Positions 38,310 to 46,440 of a stretch of DNA of 64,000 nt are shown here, in pieces. Position numbers and translations under genes: made by a program. Within the stretch, counting starts at the first letter, position 1. The number at the start of each line of letters is the position of its first letter. This DNA is from Vicinamibacterales bacterium. GTDB taxonomy: Bacteria > Acidobacteriota > Vicinamibacteria > Vicinamibacterales > UBA2999. The notes under the pieces were generated by a model. That model saw only the letters and a program-made list of their open reading frames with translations. It was not told the DNA's origin and did no database searches. The stretch lies in the NCBI GenBank assembly GCA_965262505.1, contig CBDHFM010000012.1, forward strand, positions 37,268 to 101,267. Reading direction: 5' to 3'.

Positions 38310-39305
38310 CTACGACTCGCCGATCAACCGGAGTTGTGTGGGCGTGATGCGTGGGGTCGAGGGCGAGACGACGAGCCCACCCGTCACCGTGTGGTAGTTC
38401 AAGCCGGGCCACGCGGTTTTGATTTTTTTCAGCTCGCGCAAGACCTCCCCGCGGAAGCGGCTGACCGAGCCGGGCTTTGTAGCCTTCGCTGGGTCCGCCC
38501 CGAACTGGTAAAGGAGCTGTCGCCAGGAGAGCGTGAGCGGTGCCGACAACGCGAACGTCCGATAGACGAGCCAGAAATACAAATCCAACCCGAGCGGCGA
38601 CCGCTTGAGCGCCTTGAGGATGTGTAGGTCGAGCGGGATCGGGTGCCGGATGATCTCGTTGAAGAACTGCTCACCGAGCTGGATCGTGGATTCCCACAGG
38701 CCCGGCGTGTCCGGCCGCGACGACGAGTGCCACCAATACTCGGCGCGGTCAGCGATGAACGAATGTACCTGGACCTCATGATCGCTGTCCGCGTAGACGA
38801 GCTGGACCGAACAACGAAAGAGCCGGCGCATCTGATTTTTGAGTCGCGTCCGATCCCCTCGCTCGCCGCCGCTGTGACTCTTCATGCCAAGCTTATGCAT
38901 GAACTCATACAGTGACCGCCCGAGGACCAGTTGGCGGCGCTGCGTCCGTACCGCCTCTGAGCACACCCATGCCAGCAGCAGCCGCGGTAGGATACCGTAG
39001 GGCAGTCGCGCCGGCTGTCCGCCGGCACTCATGATCAGGGTGTATGGCCCGTTGCGCCGGACGTACTCTTTCCGGTCCCCTGGATTGGTGCGCGGCAGAC
39101 TGCACAGCGCGAGCAGCCGCGCCATGAAGCCGAGATCGGGCTCCGCTTCGCTCGCCTCGATGAGCTGATTGACCTGGCGCAGCGTGGTGAAGTGGTGCCG
39201 AGTTTGCGCCGACATTGCCCGCCCGCTCGGGACGACGCTAGGCAGCGTGCCGGCCACGTCGCCGATGGGCACAAACCCGCGAACTGGTCGAGAGGGGCCG
39301 CTCAT
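38310..39305 (-). CDS. repA: Plasmid replication initiator, RepA_C (IncW-like) family
   Basis: GFMARLLALCSLP, LPYGILPRLLLAW, LGRSLYEFM and SPLGLDLYFWL. Confidence 0.85.
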   Translation of the reverse strand: MSGPSRPVRGFVPIGDVAGTLPSVVPSGRAMSAQTRHHFTTLRQVNQLIEASEAEPDLGFMARLLALCSLPRTNPGDRKEYVRRNGPYTLIMSAGGQPARLPYGILPRLLLAWVCSEAVRTQRRQLVLGRSLYEFMHKLGMKSHSGGERGDRTRLKNQMRRLFRCSVQLVYADSDHEVQVHSFIADRAEYWWHSSSRPDTPGLWESTIQLGEQFFNEIIRHPIPLDLHILKALKRSPLGLDLYFWLVYRTFALSAPLTLSWRQLLYQFGADPAKATKPGSVSRFRGEVLRELKKIKTAWPGLNYHTVTGGLVVSPSTPRITPTQLRLIGES

Positions 39306-39405
39306 TGTTCAAAAATCAAGATCGACACGCCAATTTTCTCAGCTCACCATACCAAGTCAAAATCGCTGCATGATACGGGAAACCCTCGTGGATGGCGAAC
39401 CCGTG

Positions 39406-39460
39406 CTCGATGTTCGATCTCCAGGACGTGGCACGGGTGTTCTATCCTCCGCCGCCGGCC
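39406..39460 (+). pseudogene. Short virD4 fragment
   Basis: SMFDLQDVARVFYPPPP matches SMFDLPSVARVFCPP in both T4CPs. Confidence 0.55.
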
Positions 39461-39556
39461 GAGGCGACCGCGCGGGCCGCGTCAGCCGATAGGTACGAGC
39501 CGCTGAGCGTGGGCGCGGCGCTCCACCGGAGCGTGCGTGGCCCGCCCATCGCCAGC

Positions 39557-40231
39557 TCATCGAGTCGGGGAAGGGCGCTGGATACCCCCTACGGCGATTT
39601 CCAGGGTCTTATCCGCTCGCAGGTGCTGGTGATTGAACGCGTCTCTCACCTGCCGGTAGAGACTTCGAGATAGGTTGTTAACACGAGAGGGCGGTGTCTG
39701 GAACGTCGGCTCGTCATTCTCGCGCAAAGTGCGGATGGCCTTGACCGAACCGACCCACCCCATAGTCTTCTCAAGAGGAATCTGGCTCAGATATCGCCCA
39801 ACGTACTGACGCTCCATTGTGCTGGACGGGAAATTATTGATGAGGTATCGGACGTTTTGCGCACCTTGGGATTCAAGCACGTTCATCTGAACGAGCGCCT
39901 CTTTCACGTCTTCCGGGTCCGGCATGACCGGAATCAAAACAAGATCGACATATCGCGCAATCCATGCATCAAACTCCGGGCGGTTTCCGGCGCTATCAAT
40001 AATGCACAGGCCGTCCGTGTTGATAGCCGCGTTGACAAGCGTCTGGAGGGTTTCCGGTTCCCGTGCGTCGTAATACATGTACGGCCTGCCGTTCACCTTC
40101 AACGGCTCGCGATTGTCGGTGTGCATAAGATGGGCGGGCACGTTATCCCAGGACGCACCAAGAGCGAGCGCGTGAGAAAGCGCGGTTTTCCCGCTACCAC
40201 CTTTCCGTTGTGTCAGAGCCACGCCTCTCAT
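39557..40231 (-). CDS. parA: Short ParA-family ATPase
   Basis: QRKGGSGKTA, IIDSAG and DLVLIPV. Confidence 0.85.
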   Translation of the reverse strand: MRGVALTQRKGGSGKTALSHALALGASWDNVPAHLMHTDNREPLKVNGRPYMYYDAREPETLQTLVNAAINTDGLCIIDSAGNRPEFDAWIARYVDLVLIPVMPDPEDVKEALVQMNVLESQGAQNVRYLINNFPSSTMERQYVGRYLSQIPLEKTMGWVGSVKAIRTLRENDEPTFQTPPSRVNNLSRSLYRQVRDAFNHQHLRADKTLEIAVGGIQRPSPTR

Positions 40232-40473
40232 GACCCTGCTCTATCGTGATCCCGTCGAATAATGGCGCGTAGAGCTTCCGACGCATTCACGACCTTGCCC
40301 TGTTGCTGGGACATAGACACCGCAACGGCGTTGATCTGGTCTAAATCGCCTTGTCCCAAGCTGAAGGTTTTTCGTACAACGGCGGTGGCGCGGCCCTGAA
40401 TCTCAGCGACTTTCTTCTGAAACGGATCGCTAGAGTTGGTCTTCCGAAGGTCGACGAGGTTGGGTGATTTCAT
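40228..40473 (-). CDS. Small ParA partner (RHH-like)
   Basis: RKTFSL...NASEALRAII; ATGA overlap with parA; CATA/TATG repeats upstream. Confidence 0.6.
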   Translation of the reverse strand: MKSPNLVDLRKTNSSDPFQKKVAEIQGRATAVVRKTFSLGQGDLDQINAVAVSMSQQQGKVVNASEALRAIIRRDHDRAGS

Positions 40474-40514
40474 ACTATATGACGGTATGATACTCATACC
40501 ATATGATTATTATG
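40428..40514. repeat. 87-bp direct repeat including parS-like repeats
   Basis: Near-identical copy at 41562-41648. Confidence 0.85.
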
Positions 40515-40720
40515 GCGGTTGTTTTCGGTTCAAGTCAAGTGGTCGATCTAATTAGGAGACCTCACAAGATCAGCTCGTACGGGTGGGTGAACATCCACAA
40601 GGCGATGTCGAGGTGTTCACAGTTCTCGTTCACTTGGCCGCGATTGAGCGCTGGTTAGCTTGGGCGGCTTACGGCTGTTCCAGAGACTTTGTCGTCGTCC
40701 TTCCGTAGTGGGCCTATAAT

Positions 40721-40975
40721 ATGGCCATGAAGATTGCCAACATCGCCGAGTTCAAAAATCACCTGAGCGCGTACCTCGACGCCGTGGCGAATGGCGAAGA
40801 GGTCGAGGTGCGGAAGCGGAACACGCCGTTCGTGCGCGTCGTGCCGATCCGCACGTGGGCGCGGAATCGAACAGTGCTCGGATGCGGCCCGGGCACGGTT
40901 GTCGTTAAGTCGGATCTGATCGACCCGATGATTCCTCCAGAGGACTGGGACATGCTGGGAGATGCCCCCGCGTGA
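40721..40975 (+). CDS. Phd/YefM antitoxin
   Basis: NIAEFKNHLSAYLDAVANGEEV. Confidence 0.88.
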   Translation: MAMKIANIAEFKNHLSAYLDAVANGEEVEVRKRNTPFVRVVPIRTWARNRTVLGCGPGTVVVKSDLIDPMIPPEDWDMLGDAPA

Positions 40976-41382
40976 CGGTGGTGCTCGACACCTGTGCGGT
41001 CATCTGGGCCATCAGCGACCCCGCACAACTCCCGGATCAAGCCACGCGGCTCTTGGAGGCAGAGGAGACGGAGGTGTGCGTGTCCGCGATTAGTTGCGCG
41101 GAAATCGCGTGCGCGGCAGAACGCGGGCGCATCGAGATTGATCGGCATTGGCGTCTCTGGTTCCGCCACTATGTGGAGTTGAACGGCTGGACGGTCCTTC
41201 CGATCGAGCTTGAGTCCGTCGAGGAGGCGTACGCGTTGCCCGCGCCGTTCCACCGTGATCCGGCGGACCGGATTATCGTTGCGGAAGCCCGGCGGCTGTC
41301 TGCTGCCGTTGTCACGGCCGACGCACGGATCCTGAACTATCCTCACGTGAAGACCGTGTGGGGGACGCCACGGCCAGGCTAA
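40972..41382 (+). CDS. vapC: VapC/PIN toxin
   Basis: VLDTCAVIW, SAISCAEI, HRDPADRIIVA and TAD. Confidence 0.9.
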   Translation: MTVVLDTCAVIWAISDPAQLPDQATRLLEAEETEVCVSAISCAEIACAAERGRIEIDRHWRLWFRHYVELNGWTVLPIELESVEEAYALPAPFHRDPADRIIVAEARRLSAAVVTADARILNYPHVKTVWGTPRPG

Positions 41383-41669
41383 ACGCTCCGCTCGGTACGC
41401 TCGGAGATCCGTCCTTGGCAACCCCCTCAGGATGAGCGGCATCCACACGACACCGACGACGGCAGTCGAAATCTACTTAACTGATCTCGCGCTGGTGCTG
41501 GCCTCAGGTAGCGCGACGCGCACGCGGTCTGGTCCCCGTCGTCGAGTCGGCGCTGTTTTCCCGCTAGCGTTGGTCTTCCGAAGGTCGACGGGGTTGGATG
41601 ATTTCATACCATATGACGGTATGATATTCATACCGTATGATTATTATGTCTGGCGGGATGACGATGCGC

Positions 41670-41880
41670 CCTCTCGCGGCTGGCGAGCTGCGCCATGCAG
41701 GGCGGCGGCGATCTCCCGTGGGACGTCACCTGTAGGGGCGTCGTGGACGGGATCGCAATGGTGATCCACATGACCCGAGCGGATGGCCGACGCTTTGTCG
41801 AAGAAGCCGCCGTGGTCAACGGCTACGACGCCGGAAAGAATCAATGGGACATACAACGATTCGAACGAATGCCCGGCTGA
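41670..41880 (+). pseudogene. virB11 3' fragment
   Basis: LASCAMQGGGDLPWDVTCRGVVDGIAMVIHMTR is near-identical to the end of 31623-32582. Confidence 0.85.
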
Positions 41881-42218
41881 GTCTGAGTCGCGCGCGCATC
41901 CGCACCCTCGCCGTCCTCGCCACGCGGCTGACCGGCGGGCCTGAGGACCAGCGCGCGCCCGCCACACCACGCACCAGGAGACCCACCCCATGACCGATCT
42001 CAAGAGTGACGCCGCAGGAACACTCCATGCCACGGCGCGCAAACGCTTGGACACCAGGCGCGCGCCGCCAAGGTCGTCGACGCCGCCACGACCGCCGCCG
42101 CCGCCAACCGCATCGCGGCTGAGGCATGGACCGCCGTGGCGACCCACGCGGCGACACAGGCGATCGACTGCCAGCGCGGGGCAGAACTGGCCGACCACAC
42201 CAGGCGCCGCTGGGCGCG

Positions 42219-42479
42219 CTAGGCGGCGCCGGGGCAATCTTGAGGGGTGATTCCCGTAAAAGAGTCTGTTGGTCTGGTCTCGCTCGCGTGTCGGCCAATC
42301 CTTGCGGTTGGAAGCGACGCGGCGAGCGGCAAGCGGACGTACACGCGGCCGGAGGCCTCCTGTCTGGCTCGAATGTCCCTGAAGATTGCCTCACCGTCGT
42401 CGTCGAAGCGCGCGGCGGCCGCCTGCCGGATGGCCCGAACTTCAGCGATGATTGGGTCCGAGGGGTATGGAGATATCAC
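42219..42479 (-). CDS. Small hypothetical protein
   Basis: GAGG RBS; DPIIAEVRAIRQ...ARF motif. Confidence 0.5.
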   Translation of the reverse strand: MISPYPSDPIIAEVRAIRQAAAARFDDDGEAIFRDIRARQEASGRVYVRLPLAASLPTARIGRHASETRPTDSFTGITPQDCPGAA

Positions 42480-42493
42480 ACCTCGGTGTCGGG

Positions 42494-42721
42494 CTAGTTG
42501 GCGGCGTCGGCGTCGCGCTTGAGGACCTCGATCACGAGGGTGCGCAGTTCCGTGATGTCGTCGTGGACTTCAGTGAAGCGGGCGTTCATGTCTATGCGCA
42601 AGCCGTCGATGCGGGCGTTGACGTCGTCGATGCGCTTGCCCGAGTACCAGGCGCTGCCGGCCATCGTGAAGACGACGGCCGCGGCCGCCACGAAGATGGT
42701 GATGCGGTCGGTCGCATTCAT
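42494..42721 (-). CDS. Small membrane-anchored coiled-coil protein
   Basis: TM segment followed by RIDDVNARIDGLRIDMNARF heptads. Confidence 0.6.
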   Translation of the reverse strand: MNATDRITIFVAAAAVVFTMAGSAWYSGKRIDDVNARIDGLRIDMNARFTEVHDDITELRTLVIEVLKRDADAAN

Positions 42722-42747
42722 ACCTGCAGTGTACCACCCCTTCCACG

Positions 42748-42854
42748 GATGGGACATCGATCAGAGTGTCCAGAGTGTCCCGGTTGCGGCCGGGGGGAGT
42801 GACCTGATCTCCAACCTGCGACCTCTGCACTGGAGAGCCAACGTCGCTCGGTAG
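42748..42854 (+). pseudogene. HNH endonuclease 3' fragment
   Basis: GWDID...VPVAAGGSDLISNLRPLHWRAN, with a 9-bp tandem duplication where the His is expected. Confidence 0.5.
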
Positions 42855-42886
42855 CAGATTCGCTGTGATCGGTGCCACCCCCTCGT

Positions 42887-44017
42887 CTACCGGGAATCTG
42901 TCACCGCCGTCGCGCCATCGCCTCTGTGCTCCCCACTCAGATAGGTCGCCCACTCGTCCATCAGCCGCCGCCGGCGCTCGAACAGGTCCGACCGGGCGTA
43001 GGCCGCCTCGGTCTGGTTGGCCACCACGTGCGCGAGCGCCGCCTCGACCACCTCACGCGGATGATTCGTCTGTTCCGCGGCCCAGTCCCGGAACGATGAC
43101 CGGAATCCGTGCGGCACGGCGGCCACCTTCAGGTTCTGAAGCAGCCGCGGCAGCCGCGTGATGCTGATCGGCTTGCCGCCCTGGCTGGGGAACACGAGCG
43201 GCCCGCGGCCATCGCCGAGCGGCCGCGCCGCACGGAGCATCTTCACCGCCCGTCCGCACAGCGGGACCCGGTGCTCGCGCTTGGACTTCATACGCCCGGC
43301 GGGGATCGTCCACACGCCGGCCCGCAGGTCGATCTCGGCCCACCGCGCGCCGCGCACTTCGCCCGACCGCGCCGCCGTCAGCACCAGAAACTCGAACGCC
43401 AGCTTGACGACCGGTGTCGCCCCCGACTCCCCCATCGTTCGGATCGCCGCCGCCACCTCGCCGTGCGGGAGCGCGCGCATGTGCTCGACGAGGTCCTGTT
43501 GCGGGCCGAGGACCGGGCCGAGCCGGTCGCACGGGTTGTCGCTGCGGTACTCCATCGCCACGGCCCAGTCCAGCACGGCGCTGATCCGCTGGCGAACGCG
43601 GCGCGCGGTCTCGGGCCGGATGTGCCAGATGTGCCGCAGCGTATCCAGCACGTCGACGCTGCTGACGCTCGATACCGGCGTGTCGCCGATGTGCGGGAGG
43701 ACGTGCCGCGTCAGGCTCGACATCCAGTCATGAGCGTGCCGGGGGTGGCGCCAGCCGGGGTGCTTGTCCGTCCAGACCCGCTCAGCCGCGGCGGCGAAGG
43801 TGGGCACGGTGTCGGGACGCTGCCTGTCCGCGACCGGGTCGCCGCCTTGGCGCGCCGCCTTGCGGTTGGCGAACGCTTGGTCGCGCGCCTCCTTGAGCGA
43901 GACGAGCGGAAAGCCGCCGAGCCCCACGTCGCGGCGGCGGCCACGGATCACGATCCGCTGGATCCAACTTCGCGTGCCCGTGGGTTGCACGGTCAAGTAG
44001 AGGCCGTTGCCATCTCC
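42887..44017 (-). CDS. P4-like tyrosine integrase IntB, 3' part (lacks first 35 codons)
   Basis: Paralog of 8922-10040; frame reads *GRSGDGNGLYLTVQP with an in-frame TGA just upstream. Confidence 0.85.
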   Translation of the reverse strand, partial: GDGNGLYLTVQPTGTRSWIQRIVIRGRRRDVGLGGFPLVSLKEARDQAFANRKAARQGGDPVADRQRPDTVPTFAAAAERVWTDKHPGWRHPRHAHDWMSSLTRHVLPHIGDTPVSSVSSVDVLDTLRHIWHIRPETARRVRQRISAVLDWAVAMEYRSDNPCDRLGPVLGPQQDLVEHMRALPHGEVAAAIRTMGESGATPVVKLAFEFLVLTAARSGEVRGARWAEIDLRAGVWTIPAGRMKSKREHRVPLCGRAVKMLRAARPLGDGRGPLVFPSQGGKPISITRLPRLLQNLKVAAVPHGFRSSFRDWAAEQTNHPREVVEAALAHVVANQTEAAYARSDLFERRRRLMDEWATYLSGEHRGDGATAVTDSR

Positions 44018-44079
44018 ACTACGGCCTCACAGAATCCACCAACGTGTCGTATTGTGCTGTATGTAGCATAAACGTTGTA

Positions 44080-44161
44080 GTAATAACTATTTATGACACC
44101 TTACGAGCTTCCTGATCCGCTCACAACATCCTTTGCGGTCCATCAACATCCCCTATACAAT
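44080..44161 (+). promoter_or_regulatory. Operator and -10 box upstream of intA
   Basis: GTAATAACTATTTATGAC (44080-44097); TACAAT (44156-44161) 6 nt before the ATG. Confidence 0.55.
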
Positions 44162-44167
44162 GAGGGT

Positions 44168-45430
44168 ATGAATAGCGCGACACAGACGCTGCACCTGCCG
44201 CGACGGACCAAGCCCCGAGGCCGCCATCCCGACAAGCGGCTGACGGCAGGCTTCGTGCGGACCGTCGCGCCCGGACGATACTGCGATGGCCAGGGGTTGT
44301 ATCTCTACGTCCAGCCGTCCGGCACCAGGAGCTGGGTCCAGCGGCTCATGATCCACGGTCGCCGCCGTGACCTCGGGCTCGGCAGCGTGGCGCTGGTGCC
44401 GCTCGTCGAGGCCCGCGAGAAGGCGCGGGTCAACCGCAAGCTGGCCCGCGAGGGGGGCGACCCGCTCGCGGAGAAGCGCCGCGCGGAGGGGACGCCGACG
44501 TTTGCGGAGGCGGCCCGCCGCGTGCTGGACCAAAAACGGGCCGGCTGGCGGAACGGCCGGCACCCGCAGAGCTGGTGGACGAGCCTGGAGCGCTACGCCT
44601 TTCCCCGGATTGGCGCACGGCCGGTGTCCGACGTGACGAGCGCTGAGGTGCTGGAGGTGCTCACGCCGGTCTGGCACGTGAAGGCGCAGACCGCGCGGCG
44701 TGTGCGTGAGCGGATCCGGGCGGTGCTGGAGTGGGCCGTGGCGATGGAGTACCGCAGCGACAACCCGTGCGACCGCATCGGGCCAGTCCTCGGACCGCAG
44801 CAAGTAACGGTCGAGCACATGCGGGCGCTCGCGCACCAGGACGTGCCGGCAGCTCTCGCACGGGTGCGAGCATCCGGGGCGGCCGAGATCGTCAGGCTGG
44901 CGTTCGAGTTTCTCGTGCTGACGGCGGCGCGGTGGGGCGAGGTCCGCGGGGCCGCGTGGACCGAGATCGACGCCGCCGCCGCCGTGTGGACGATCCCCGC
45001 CGCGCGCATGAAGGCGAAGCGCCCGCACCGGGTCCCACTACCGGAGCGCACGGCGGAGATCCTCGAGGCGGCGCGGACGCGTGGCGACGGGCCGCTCGTG
45101 TTTCCCGGGCGGGACGGGGCGCCGCTGGCCGACAAACGGCTGCGCCGGCTCCTCCAGCAGCAGGGGATCGCAGCCGTGCCGCACGGCTTCCGGTCCACCT
45201 TCCGAGACTGGGCGGCCGAGGAGACCGACCATCCGCGCGAGGTCATCGAGGCGGCGCTGGCGCACGTCGTGCAGAACACGGTCGAAGCGGCCTATGCCCG
45301 CTCGGACCTGTTCGAGCGCCGGCGGCGGCTCATGGGCGACTGGGCGGCCTATTTGAACGGGACGCCTCGTCCGGCTGTGTACAATGGTTCCGTTCCCGGC
45401 ATCAGACGAGAGGAGGATCGACGGTCATGA
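44168..45430 (+). CDS. P4-like tyrosine integrase IntA, intact
   Basis: Paralog of 10191-11438; start placed at MNSATQ by alignment. Confidence 0.92.
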   Translation: MNSATQTLHLPRRTKPRGRHPDKRLTAGFVRTVAPGRYCDGQGLYLYVQPSGTRSWVQRLMIHGRRRDLGLGSVALVPLVEAREKARVNRKLAREGGDPLAEKRRAEGTPTFAEAARRVLDQKRAGWRNGRHPQSWWTSLERYAFPRIGARPVSDVTSAEVLEVLTPVWHVKAQTARRVRERIRAVLEWAVAMEYRSDNPCDRIGPVLGPQQVTVEHMRALAHQDVPAALARVRASGAAEIVRLAFEFLVLTAARWGEVRGAAWTEIDAAAAVWTIPAARMKAKRPHRVPLPERTAEILEAARTRGDGPLVFPGRDGAPLADKRLRRLLQQQGIAAVPHGFRSTFRDWAAEETDHPREVIEAALAHVVQNTVEAAYARSDLFERRRRLMGDWAAYLNGTPRPAVYNGSVPGIRREEDRRS

Positions 45431-45585
45431 CGCTCCCGACACACCCACGCGAACCGAGACCCCCAGGCCGGCGGCTTGAACATGCACTCACGCCAGCCTT
45501 CGTGCGCAACGTGGCCACGGCCGGCCGTTACGGAGATGGTCGCCGCCGATCGCGTGCAACTGCTTCAGAATACATGGCTTATTGA
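45427..45585 (+). CDS. 5' piece of IntB (arm-domain N-terminus)
   Basis: MTLPTHPREPRPPGRRLEHALTPAFVRNVATAGRYGDG-RRRS...; AGGAGG RBS; ATGA overlap with the intA stop. Confidence 0.82.
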   Translation: MTLPTHPREPRPPGRRLEHALTPAFVRNVATAGRYGDGRRRSRATASEYMAY

Positions 45586-46015
45586 CCAGCCCCAGCGTTC
45601 GCTTCCCTCGTTGTACCCCTCTCTCTGAACGGGACCCTGCCGGACCAAGAAAGCCGTCCGTGGACGGCCCCGGCCTGAGCGCCAGCGTGACCACCCCGGA
45701 ACCCGTCGTGACGCCGACGCCGATCCACTCGCGTCCCACCGCTGCCGTCGCGGCTCCCATGGCGGCGACGCGCCGCGGGATCGTGTGGCCTCCGGTGATC
45801 ACGTCGTAGGGCACAACCACGCCGGCAGCGCTGGCCAGCACGTCCCCGGCGTGGCGCGTCTCGACCAGACGGTCGCCGCCAGCTCAGGCGCGCGAATGAG
45901 GGAAGAACCCGCTGGCCTCGGCCTGCGTGACGCGGGAGGCGCCGTCGAGCCCGAGTTCGTCGCGGCGGCCGCGGATGGCGCTGCGCTCGATCGATCCGCC
46001 CCCGCCACGCCTCCC

Positions 46016-46038
46016 GTTACCCACAATCTTACCCACAC
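46016..46038 (+). repeat. Putative arm-type site pair, element B
   Basis: ttacccaca twice with 12-bp period; matches 14254-14276. Confidence 0.65.
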
Positions 46039-46255
46039 GTGGTGTCCGATGCCCCTGGACTCTCCCGGACGGCTTCACGCGTTCCTGGATCCGGGCGTGG
46101 CGGTGGAGCGGCCACTAAGCAGCCGATCTCCGTGAGGCGACCAGGGCCGGAAAGAGGACGAGCTGACCAGCAAGGCGGGACCGCCGTGGACACCCGCGGC
46201 ACCAGCCGGACCCCATCTGCGGAATCAACGCGGTGAGGGGGTCGTGGCTCCGAAC

Positions 46256-46293
46256 AAAAAAAAGGCGAGCGGACACCGGAGGCGCCGCTCGCC
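46256..46293 (-). terminator. Intrinsic terminator of surface-protein allele 3
   Basis: GC-rich stem plus T8; homologous to 12154-12191. Confidence 0.85.
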
Positions 46294-46440
46294 GAAAAAT
46301 CGCCGGTCACGAGCTGGGAGCACCGTTCCACGACCAGAACACTCGGGGACGCTCAGAAAAGCAAAGTGGGGATCCGGCGCAAACGCGCCGGGTCCCCCCC
46401 CTGCCCGATTACCCCCCCGGGCTTTCAGGAACGATAGGCT

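Larger units (their letters stand above)
44010..45539. other. Predicted invertible segment B carrying intA and the 5' piece of intB
   Basis: Inverted GGCCGT-NNN-GGAGATGG at 44010-44026 (minus) and 45523-45539 (plus). Confidence 0.8.
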
